Assembly: GCA_002269645.1 (NCBI GenBank)
Contig: NIVC01001948.1
Coordinates: 124,001 to 188,000 of the forward strand
Source of the DNA: Macrostomum lignano
Taxonomy: Eukaryota
Direction of reading: 5' to 3'
Length of the DNA: 64,000 nucleotides
Below are positions 48,501 through 64,000 of this stretch, one piece after another. A model generated the notes under the pieces. It was not told the origin of the DNA. It saw only the letters and a program-made list of their open reading frames with translations, and ran no database searches. A program made the translations under genes and the position numbers. Each line of letters begins with the position of its first letter. The first letter of the stretch is position 1.

Positions 48501-51500
48501 CTCGCACAAGTTGTAATCGCAAAACTCTTCATTCTGTGTGAACTCAGAATTAAACTTAATTGCCTTGGATGTGACGCCAAAGTCTTGGTTTTTCGCTTGA
48601 ATCTTAAGTATTTTTGTGAGTTCTTGCGCTAAAAAACAGCATTAAATCAAATCAACTTGAACAGATCAATCCTCAGCTTTGGTGGCCAAACGGTTACGGC
48701 AGTCAGCGTCTGTACACCCTTCGAGTTCGTCTGTGCCTTGATGGTCCAGACTGTCGTCTGCTGGACAACTGGGAAACCCGACGGGTAGCGTTTCGTCAAG
48801 TTCAACTGCTACAAAATTCGATTGGTAATGAACTTGGTCAGGGACTCAATTTCAATCTGGTGGTCAATAATCGGCCGGTGTTTATTAAAGGCTCGAATTT
48901 TGTACCGATTGGGATGAGCATTCCGGGAGCGGATGTTAGCGACTATGATTGGTTGATGAGGTCGGCTGCTGCTGCTGGCATCAACATGCTACGCGTCTGG
49001 GGTGGAGGGGTGAGTGCTGGTTGGTCGACTCTCTGTGTGAGTTTACCGTAGTTTATGTCATTAATATTCGCCATAGAAATGATCTAACAAGCTGCAATAT
49101 TTTACTTTACTTATGACCTTCGGGATTTCTTTGTTTGACCTTCTGAACTTCCGAGTCTGAACTTCTGAACTTTCGAGCCTGACGTTCTGAGCTTCCGAGT
49201 CTCATCCCCTAAACTTCCGAGTCTCACCCCCCTGAACTTTCGAGTCTCATCCCCCTGAACTTTTGAGTCTCATCCCTGAACATCCGGGTCTCATCGTCTA
49301 AACTTCCGAGTCTGACCTTCTGAACTTACGGAAAATCTCAGTCAAGATTAAGCCTAGGCTGTACAAATCCATCCCGATTGATATTGAGCAAATTACGAAT
49401 TTTATATATTAGTAAAACCACAGTTGTCATCTTCAACTCTCTTTTCACCTGATGAAATCCAATCGCAATCAGACAATCGAACGAGCCGAATTCTATGACC
49501 TCGCTGACCAGCTGGGCATAATGATTTGGCAAGATTTCCCATTCGCCTGCGCTCTCTATCCTACTGACGAAAAGTTTCTGTCAACAGTGAGGTCGGAAGT
49601 TCGAGCCACTGTTCGCCGGCTTCAGCACAGAGCCAGTCTGGCCGTTTGGGTTGGCAACAACGAGAACGAAGGCGCTCTGGCCAACGACTGGTGGTCATTG
49701 TGGGCCAACCGAACCGAGCGTTACTATGACGACTATAGAAAACTGTACATGCGATTGGTCAGACAGCAGGTGGTTGCTGAGGACTCTACTCGACTGGTGC
49801 TATTATCGTCGCCTAGTAACGGAGACGCTACAGAGTGGGAGGGTGGCATTGCTCACCAGCCGCAGAGCACACTGTTTGGCGACGGTGAGAGTTAACGAAT
49901 TTTCGGTGCTGACAGGACGATGGTTTTAGATGAACGTTCCAGCGAAATGGTTGCTCAATTCCAGAAAATAGCGTTTGTGGTTGTTATGAAGCAAACGTGT
50001 CCTTTAAGGAAAACTATTGATTTCAGTAACGGGTCACAAGGTTGGGGGAGGACGAAGCATTGGCATGTCCCCCATAGCTTTCACTTTAGCTTTTACCCTC
50101 ACCTCTGTGTGCTCCAACATAAGACGTAAGTGTCCGTTACGTGATAGAAGTGTCCATTATGACATTTAGCATCCATTAGGAAATAGAAGTGTCCATTTCA
50201 AGGAAATCGTGAAGACTTGGGCGGCACTTTGTACACAATCGAGACCAAGTGAGTAAACAAAGATTAAATTTATGTATTTTAACACCCTCTCACAGTTCAC
50301 TTCTACAGCTACACAGAGGACATGTGGCTACCAGAGACTACGCCGCTGGCCAGATTAATGTCGGAATTCGGTTTCCAGTCTCATCCAAGCCTCATCACGG
50401 TACTGTCGGCAACTCGCGACCCAAGGAACATCGGCATTGATACTAATTTCACCTTGCACAGAGAGCATCAACCGAACGGCACTCTGACCATTGCCCGGCA
50501 CAATGCCAGACACTTTGCCAGTCAGGTGCCCAAGTGGCTGATTGGCGTGAACGATGACGTCATTGGGAAGCTGCTTGTACGCAATTTTTCGGTGCCGTCT
50601 TCTGAGGTTTGTTAATTTTTCTTCCAAGGCTATGAAATATGGAAATTTGTTATGAGATGCTACTGAAACTTCGAAAGAGGCTTCGCGGGTTGCATGTGGG
50701 CTTTGCCTTAATCGATAGTAATGCACCTTCTCAACTTCCGAATTATAAAGCGAGAACTTGTTTATTTTGTTAGAGGCTGTGCTGTATTATTGTGTTCTCA
50801 AAACTGACATATTGATTGAGAAGTGGGTTTTACCATAGATAAAACTTGGTCCACAAAAGAGAATTCGTGATAGAACAGCTGATGGAACAGCTTATTCGTT
50901 TATCTACTGACATTTCTAGGAAAGATAGGTTCGGTGAACTGGTCTTCAGTGAAAATCACACCAGAAAACCTCCGAGGGTCGGGTTCTTCTACTCCAGTTG
51001 TCTACGAATAATTGGCTAATGAGGCTTGTATTTGTATCGATTTTGTTAAAAATACTTCTTCAGTTAAAACAGCTCACAGACCGCCTAGCAACGTACGCGT
51101 ACCAGTCTTACGCTAGTCAGATCGATCAAGCTGAAATTTATCGTCGAATAACTCATCAACACGCATTCAATCGATGCCGCCTGCGGTCGGCTGCAAATCA
51201 AGCTAAAGGTCTAGAGGGCATGTCTTCCGGTGTGATGTACTGGCAGCTCAACGATGTCTGGTCCGCGCCCACCTGGTCAAGCATCGAAGTCACCGGGGCT
51301 TGGAAAGCGACGCACTATTACGCAGCGCGTTACTATGCCAACAGACGGCTTGCTATAGCGTTGGCTGACAGCGAGCAAAGGATAGTTGAGGCTTTCTACA
51401 TCCGGGATTCCAATCCGAACCAAAGAGGATCTGAGCAGATCGAAGTTCGCTTCGACTGCTACGATGTTGATAGCCTGGCTAGGCTAAATAGTTGGACTAT

Positions 51501-53472
51501 CATAAAGAACTCCGTGAGTGGTTTTGTAGGTAAAAAGCTTAGTAACGAACTAGCCAATTCCAACCCCTGTTGGGGCTTGCTATCCTAATTCTATCCTTGG
51601 TTGCTCCCCACAAAAAACTCCATGAGGCTGTCTTTATCATGAAAATTTCCACAATATATAGAATCCCTTTCTCATTCAGATCATGATTTCGACATTCACC
51701 AGATAGCTCGTAGCAAGCATACTCCGATAGAAAGCATCCCCGATAGCTAACATCTTCCAGAAGCAAGCAATCTCATCAATTCCGCCAGTAAGCCTTGGCT
51801 CTCTTAGCAATCCCCCCTCTGTAAGCCTTGCAGTATCAATAGTTCTCTTCGTAGGCCTTGGCATCTCAGAAATTACCCCAGTAAGCCTTGTAATATCAAT
51901 AGAGTATGTGTGCGCTTCGACTTGCCCTGAACTACTGTGACTAAAAGTGGTAAAAAGAAACTACAAAAATCCGTAAACATGTACTTTTCAGACATCGCCA
52001 AACTGCCCCACTGAACTCTTTCGCCAATCTGAAGCTGATCTGCTTAAACGCTGCAATTGCAGCCTCGCCAGCAACTGTCTTTTAGAAGCAAAACTCGTTA
52101 CAAACTGGAACAGACAGAACGGAGCAGAGCCTGATGTTCAACCGGAGCAGTACTATTTTGATGTGCCGAATAATTTTAAGCGACTTAAAAGTCCTTCATT
52201 GGTAAGGGAATCGATAACGCACTTGAAAGTACACACTGACATGAGATTATAAAGTCGCAAAAACAGGATGGATGGCAAATACTGTGAAGGTCTGATAGCT
52301 GCAGCGGTGTTAATTAAAGGAATGGTATTAAGGGGTTAGAGATTCTCACTGAAGGATCGGCACTGAGGGATAAGGATGCTCACTGAAGGATCGGCACTGA
52401 GGGATAAGGATGCTCACTGAAGGATCGGCACTGAGGGATAAGGATGCTCACTGAAGGATCGGCACTGAGGGATAAGGATGAGGGATAAGGCAATGAGGGA
52501 TAAGCGAATGAGGGATAAGGATGCTCACTGAAGGGTCGGCACTGAGGGATAAGGATGAGGGATAAGGCAATGAGGGATAAGGGAATGAGGGATCGGATGC
52601 TCACTGAAGGATCGACACTGAGGGATAAGGATGAGGGATAAGGCAATGAGGGATAAGGGAATGAGGGATCGGATGCTCACTGAAGGATCGACACTGAGGG
52701 ATAAGGATGAGGGATAAGGCCATGAGGGATAAGGGAATGAGGGATCGGATGCTCACTGAAGGATCGACACTGAGGGATAAGGATGCTCACTGAAGGATCG
52801 ACACTGAGGGATAAGAATGAGGGATAAGGGAATGAGGGATAAGGGAATGAGGGATCGGATGCTCACTGAAGGATCGGCACTGAGGGATAAGGATGCTCAC
52901 TGAAGGATCGGCACTGAGGGATAAGGATGCTCACTGAAGGATCGGCACTGAGGGATAAGGATGCTCACTGAAGGATCGGCACTGAGGGATAAGGATGCTC
53001 ACTGAAGGATCGGCACTGAGGGATAAGGATGCTCACTGAAGGATCGACACTGAGGGATAAGAATGAGGGATAAGGGAATGAGGGATAAGGGAATGAGGGA
53101 TCGGATGCTCACTGAAGGATCGGCACTGAGGGATAAGGATGCTCACTGAAGGATCGGCACTGAAGGATATAAGGATGCTCACTGATGAGATCAGTGCTGA
53201 TGAGATGTGAACTCACTCACCTCACATTGCAGTCTGTAGACGTGACTAAGATCAGTCAGCAGCATTTTCGCATAGACCTAACATCAGGTCAGACAACGCT
53301 ATACGCCGTGAATCTGCAGTTCCTATGCCCGTGGCTAACTAGGGCAGTATTATCTGACAATGCCTTTCATATGACGGCGAAAAAGCGTTCATTAGAACTT
53401 CTAGTGCCCGCCGTTGGCGACTCAAGAAGTGCAAAAGATATCAAAGAATGTTTACTGGTTCACTTTCTGTAA
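33540..53472 (+). CDS. MANBA: Beta-mannosidase (GH2), about 988 aa; exons 33540-33726, 33809-33958, 46687-46841, 47085-47296, 47822-48116, 48665-49009, 49473-49884, 50296-50606, 51064-51513, 51992-52201, 53233-53472
   Basis: Motifs VPGDVYSDL, LDGVDT, FSWDWGP, LWWPNGYG, KGSN, NMLRVWGGG, WQDFPFACALYP, GNNENE (acid/base), GDVHFY, SEFGFQS (nucleophile), YWQLNDVW; all introns GT-AG and in phase; hydrophobic N-terminus; the donor of exon 8 could be 50576 instead. Confidence 0.95.
33961..41238. repeat. 7.3-kb array of a 28-bp unit (CCCAGCAACTGAGGATCTGGGAGGCTGG; 31-bp variants), roughly 250 copies, bounded by TAGTG...CACTA
   Basis: Direct periodicity 33985-41220; short unique ends TAGTGCAGAGC and GCTCCACTA form an imperfect inverted pair. 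Confidence 0.97.
41554..45221 (-). CDS. Nested antisense gene: secreted, GPI-anchored protein with two 8-Cys three-finger (Ly6/uPAR-like) domains, 175 aa; exons 45221-45176, 44589-44471, 43124-42924, 41715-41554
   Basis: MKYLIVSVAILAAFISNAAASITCYSRSSSTSYTSNGTTTLCAFDSSCYTYDYGEDNFAGCGTCSGYSYTTCKACTASYCNTRPPVLNCYYSNGDYLHSSRRRRRCESSYCYEYSFTYATIDIFFAGCGECSKLDSYSNCRACNSGDYCNSAASLRGWNFTAFATAVILAMIRLL*; donors GTAAGT/GTGCGT/GTGAGT, acceptors CAG/CAG/TAG, phases 1,0,0; candidate AATAAA at 41353-41348. Confidence 0.88.
41750..42835. repeat. 21-bp minisatellite TCACTGTCTAACAGGTTGACG filling intron 3 of the nested gene
   Basis: About 50 tandem units. Confidence 0.95.
43255..44445. repeat. 20-21-bp minisatellite GAAAGAGTCAGTGGTGTTGG filling intron 2 of the nested gene
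   Basis: Tandem units with length variants. Confidence 0.95.
44655..45148. repeat. 22-bp minisatellite GTGTCTAACAGGTGTCTCCTCT filling intron 1 of the nested gene
   Basis: About 22 tandem units; shares TGTCTAACAGGT with the 41750 array. Confidence 0.95.
46134..46570. repeat. Second, short and diverged array of the 28-bp family at the 3' end of MANBA intron 2
   Basis: Same unit and orientation as 33985-41220. Confidence 0.92.
49140..49325. repeat. Degenerate short tandem repeat (CTGAACTTCCGAGTCT...)
   Basis: Several imperfect units in MANBA intron 6. Confidence 0.7.
52347..53165. repeat. 34-bp minisatellite GAGGGATAAGGATGCTCACTGAAGGATCGGCACT with shorter GAGGGATAAGG subunits
   Basis: Tandem units in the last MANBA intron. 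Confidence 0.95.
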
Positions 53473-54048
53473 GTTCATGCAAGATTTGCGTATTTAAATT
53501 TTTAATCATAAAAACGACTTACTACTGTACAATTTACTAGCAATACACTGTAATGTATTCAGTACTAATGGCACAGTGATTATACTAGTGACTATTAAAC
53601 GTGTTTAATCCTGGAAGGCACTTTCATAAAATAGCTCAATCAAAGAAGCCAGTGTAGACATCAAATATGAGTATTAATTGGTTTGTAAATGTTAAAAAAA
53701 ATTTTTTGAATGCGTGATTTTGATATCTTTATTGTAATAATTGTGTGCTAAATAATTATTCAAGCAGCACTCGAAGAAATAAATAAATGTGATCAGCAAA
53801 GGCGCTATAAAGCAAAAAAGTTATCTTCGAAAAACAGAGATTTCTTTTCTGTTCGTCTAGATTCCAAACAGGTTGGTGTGTCACAAGTAGTAAAACAGGC
53901 ATTGATAAGTTGGAGTCTAATAAGATAGAAAGCAAAATGACATTATCATTAATAAATATTCTCCCAAAATCGAGTTATCAGGTCCTTTTCGATGCTAAGC
54001 AAACCCTTTAAAAATGAAGTCGCATCCCTTAGTAAAACACGAATGACG

Positions 54049-59616
<5,568 letters not shown>

Positions 59617-62379
59617 TTCAATGTAGAAAGTAAGTCAGATTACAGCTGCAAGAAAAATATATAGCACTTAAATATTAAAAAGAATGCTTGACTATGCTAC
59701 TAACCATTTTATTGTCTTGCAATATTTAAAACATTATTTAAAGCCAAAGGTAACATTTAATAGAGAAAACCTTAACAATGTTTTGTTTGTTTACTGAAAT
59801 AAAAAACATGTTCCCTAACATCAAGCTATTATTATGCATGTATTTCATTAATGAAAAATACATTTCCGTAGTAAAGGCATATTTAAAAACAAAAAGTCAG
59901 TACCAAGTCTATATTACAGTTGATTTAAACAATATAAGGCTATTATGACAATAATGTAGCATATGCTATATACATGCAGTACAACTACTCAAGGAAGTTA
60001 TTGAGTATCTTGAGTTTTTGTCTGAAAAATGGTAACTTTCTGGTACAATTATCGATACTATGTTTTATTAATCAATAAAATTTGATTAACTATCCATTCT
60101 GTGCAAAGCTGAACTTGCTAGTGCGTATTTTCGCAAAGAAACAAGTTAAAAGCTCATTATTTAAAAGATAAGACACCATAAGAATTTTTATACAATAATT
60201 TATTAGTAAAAAAGTGTTTTCATTTTGAAATGAGCTAAGTGAGAAATATCGACTAAGAAAGTTATTTTTTAGAAGTTTGTGGCTGGCGTCTGGCGAGGCA
60301 TCACTGCTAGAAAAGGTAGGAAATTGGACACTTGTATAGCCGTTTGGAAATTAATGCCAGGGCATTAACTCTAATTAGAGTTTTAACTCTAGTAAAAATA
60401 TTGGTATCGGCTATCTAGCTTATTGCTCAACATAGATTTTTAGCATCAAACAAAGGTGGTACAATACATGTACAAAGTCTTACTGCAAGCATTTTGTTTG
60501 TATAAGAACTAAATCTGAGGTGTTAGAGCTTTTGTCAGCAGTAGCAGTTGTGCAACTAGTGTTATTTATGAGAGAAAAGCTAATAGCTTTTAATAATTAA
60601 AATAAATTTTATGATTAAAAGTAAAATGCTTTGCTTTAAGTAATAAAAAGTAAAATGCATACTTGTAATTCTAGGCCCTCATATATTTATAAAAAACATT
60701 GAGACAATAATAATTCTTCTATTTACTTCTCTGAGGCAGTATGCATGCAGGTCGTCAATGTCATTACATAATTCGAATGCAAAATGGTATGCAGCACTCA
60801 AGTAAAAACAGGAAACGTATGAAACAGCTGTCTATATGTTTTCAGTATATTTCAAGCAGCGCCTTTAAGTCGAATATTTATTTTTTTTGCACCTTGAATG
60901 TAGATGCCAAAGGTATCGATGACATTACCAGTGTGTTGTGTAGCGTGTAGTGTTTTTAAAAAACCACTTTCTTAAAGCATAATAGTTGCCTAAGTTAAAT
61001 AATTTCCGCGCGTGCCTATCAGAAGCAAAATTAAAAAGAATCTAAAACCTCCGAGCTATTTTCTAAATAAAATTTGTATTCATTAGTAAATTTCAATAAT
61101 ATTTCATTTTTGTACAGTATTAAAAATTTTGTGCAAAAATATTTGTTCGAAATGAAACCTCTGAAAAACCTCAAAACCTCCGAAACCTCTCGATGAGAAT
61201 CACCCTCGGTTGCAACAGTTTTAATGTTAATTTAATCCTGCTAAAAAATTTCTAATTGCTTCCTTGGCAACCTACTACGGAGCGTTGGACTAATCAGTAC
61301 TATATACTACCTAAAATAGCTTTGATCTATTGCCAAATTATGTCTATAATCAAATTATTATGTTCGTAATTGTTATAGATCTAACCTGTTCTGTTCTGTT
61401 CCTTCCTGCTAGTTAAAGTACATTGCCTCAAACTAAAAGTAAAATTTAATAAAATGATATCGTGATTTTCTATTCATATATTGTCCTACTTATAAGCATA
61501 ATGAAAGAGTAGGCCTACTGTATAGATGTTTATTTACTTTAGCTGAGGGTTTTTGATACAATTTTTTATTTTTACGTGGCATAGGACCTATAGGCAAGGA
61601 CTAGACTCTTCACCCTTCAGTTCAATGAAGTGAGGCCATGATGGTCCTAGCCTATGACTTTCTAATTATAATATGCATGCATGCTAAACAAAAGACAAAT
61701 AGGAATTTAAACTAGTTTTTAGTAGACTAGTACTATAGTAGACAAAAGAAGAAAGAAAGAATACAGGAGGGGAGAAAAATAAGTAGAAATCTGTAGAGTA
61801 GAGTTTGAGAGAAAAGAGAGGAAATAAATGATAAAGGAACTCGTAAAGAAAAAAGATAAAAGAGTATATATTTACAGAGACAAGATTAAAGGTATAAGAG
61901 CAGAGACAAAAGACAAAAGAAAAAAGGAAAAGTGTGTATTCTGTTTTGGGGCTGATATGCCTAAGAGGCTAAGTAATGCTGCCTCAATTCTGGTAGTAGG
62001 TTATTATATTTTCTTTATTGTTGCGGGCCAGCCAAGCACTTATACTAGTGCATAGGCCTACTTTAGGCTATAGAAAGAACATAATAATGAATATGTATTA
62101 ATCCAAAATCTTCCCTTTACGAGCATAATACTAATAGTATATTGCATACAAGTAATGTTTGCTTCCCTTCCCCTCCTTGTCACAAGATCTTGGGTTCTCC
62201 AACTTCTTATATCAAAACCTGCATCCTGGAACCCCTTTGTTCAATCGTTGACTTTCCTTGGGACAATATTCATAGTTGTTGGCTTAGGCATCAGTGTGTG
62301 TACAACTCTGGCTGGCTAGTAGGCTGGTAACATTATTGACAGGCAAATTATTGCTAATAAGCTGCTCTTGCAGCAGACA

Positions 62380-64000
62380 CTTCCAGATAAATATAGTTTT
62401 AATGCAGGATCCGGCCACTGGCCAGCTTGATGTGGTAGTCTCAGTGCTTGCCAACTTCTACAATTATCCCTTTAGTTTCCTAGCACTTTATTACTAGACT
62501 CTGAAGAACAACATGAGCTCCAATGTGGAAAGATAGCAAACATCATTTTGTCACATTGTAGCATTCTTGAATGCACGCTTGAACTCTTGCTACAGTCCTC
62601 TCTATCTTATAGATCTTATCCTTCCAAACCTTGGCAAAACTCTTTTGGTGAACTAGTAAAGTATCCTATACTGGGTGTCCAAATATCATAATAGAAGGCA
62701 CTCTACCATCATATAGCAGAGTATTACGCAGCTGCAACAAGCCTTGTGCTAACTTGTCTTTGTCAATGTCATTTGCACGGTCATCCCATGCTTCACGTAT
62801 AATTTTCTTTATGCTCTTGACAGCAGCCTCAGCTCTGCCATTACTTTGATAATGATAAAGAGATATGTGTTGAATCTGCACTCTCCAGCAACTCAAAAAA
62901 TAACAAAGTTATTGCTTTAAATTGAGGACTAAAGTCTAAGCAAAGTTTTTCAGGCACTGATGTATAGTAGAAAAGTTATTGACATGCATTAATGAGTTTA
63001 TAAGTTGGTGCTCAATAACCAAAGTTCCACAGAGATGGCCAACCAAAATAGGCATCCATGATTACTAAGAACTTTTTGTTGGCATATTCATAGAAATTTG
63101 CATATACGAGTCTGTGCTAAAAACATCATTCTGGTAGATTTAATATGCTCATAGGCTCCCTAACTTGTGACGGGAAGTGTTCCTGGCATGACTTATATTG
63201 TCTTGTAGTGCTCTCAATGTCTCAGTCGATGCCTGGCCATTCTAGCCCTCTGTTTTGTCTTGGTAATTCCTTGGTGGCTTGAGTTTAGCTGTATAAGAAC
63301 TTGCTTTCTCAAAGCTTGTGGCACAATGCATTGACTTTCACAGAGGATGATCCCATTTTTGATAGTAAGCTTTTTGTGCACATTCTAGAATGGTTGCACA
63401 TTGTTGGGCATATTGGCCTTGTCATTTGGAAATCTGTCTGTAATGTGCTGCTTTAGGTCCTGCAGATCCTGAACAATAGTTGTGTTCTCTTACACTCTAC
63501 ACAAGCTAGGGTCTAGTTCTGCACTTTTTAGCATCATGATAAGCAATTATAACAGGTAAAAGTCTGCTGATTCTGCTAGCCTATCTTGTTGAGTCAGATA
63601 ATCTATAGGTGCTCTTGATGGATCATCAGCATTGGCATTGTCTTTGAATAGCAGACTCAGTTGTAGTGACCTTTTCTTATCACAGTGCAACAAATTTTGT
63701 TTTTGGCCAGACATGGCTTACCGCAGTCTTTAGACTTGCCACAGTAGCCACATTGAGGATTGTTAGCTTGAATGCTTGGCCCTTTGCCAATCCAGGATGC
63801 TTTGTCTTCTTGTAGGCTAACATTTTCAATGCGTGCATATTGGAAGACTTGCAAATTTTGTCTTTCTGTTTTACGCATGCTTCTTCAGATTGGCAAATTG
63901 TAATTGCCTTGGAGAGACTGATTTTTAGCTGAGCCAGTAGGCATTTTACAATATCTAGATCTTTGAGGACTTTCTGAGTCCTCATCAAGTCTCTTAATTC
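62380..64000 (-). mobile_element. Decayed Ty3/Gypsy gag-pol relic, continuing past the right edge
   Basis: Gag LSKAITICQSEEA and knuckle CGYCG...GH; integrase zinc-binding region (IVPQALRKQVL...SHQGITKTKQRAR) and core (QSNGRAEAAVKSIKKI, LLQLRNT); many stops. Confidence 0.85.

Noticed and set aside
53183-53220. Hammerhead core (two CTGATGAG)
   Set aside because: No GAAA at the required position and no closing stems

Overview
AT-rich eukaryotic nuclear DNA from an invertebrate animal (GT-AG introns, standard code; the taxon cannot be fixed from sequence). Five spliced genes could be assembled by hand with phase-consistent splice sites: FAD synthase (FLAD1, minus, runs off the left edge), a synaptophysin-family gene (minus), beta-mannosidase (MANBA, plus, 11 exons), an ARM-TIR-SAM protein (minus), and a 4-exon, 175-aa GPI-anchored double three-finger (Ly6/uPAR-like) gene nested antisense inside the 12.7-kb second intron of MANBA, which the ORF track does not show. 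A sixth, unidentifiable spliced ORF lies at about 23.6-24.8 kb. The rest is layered mobile DNA: three CORE-type tRNA SINEs, EnSpm/CACTA relics, TIR elements, a TSD-flanked LOA/R1-like LINE with a candidate HDV-like ribozyme and two nested solo LTRs, a Gypsy relic, and more than a dozen different intronic minisatellites including a 7.3-kb 28-bp array. The very long ORFs in the track are repeat artefacts. All coordinates and translations were read by eye; no database searches or folding programs were run.
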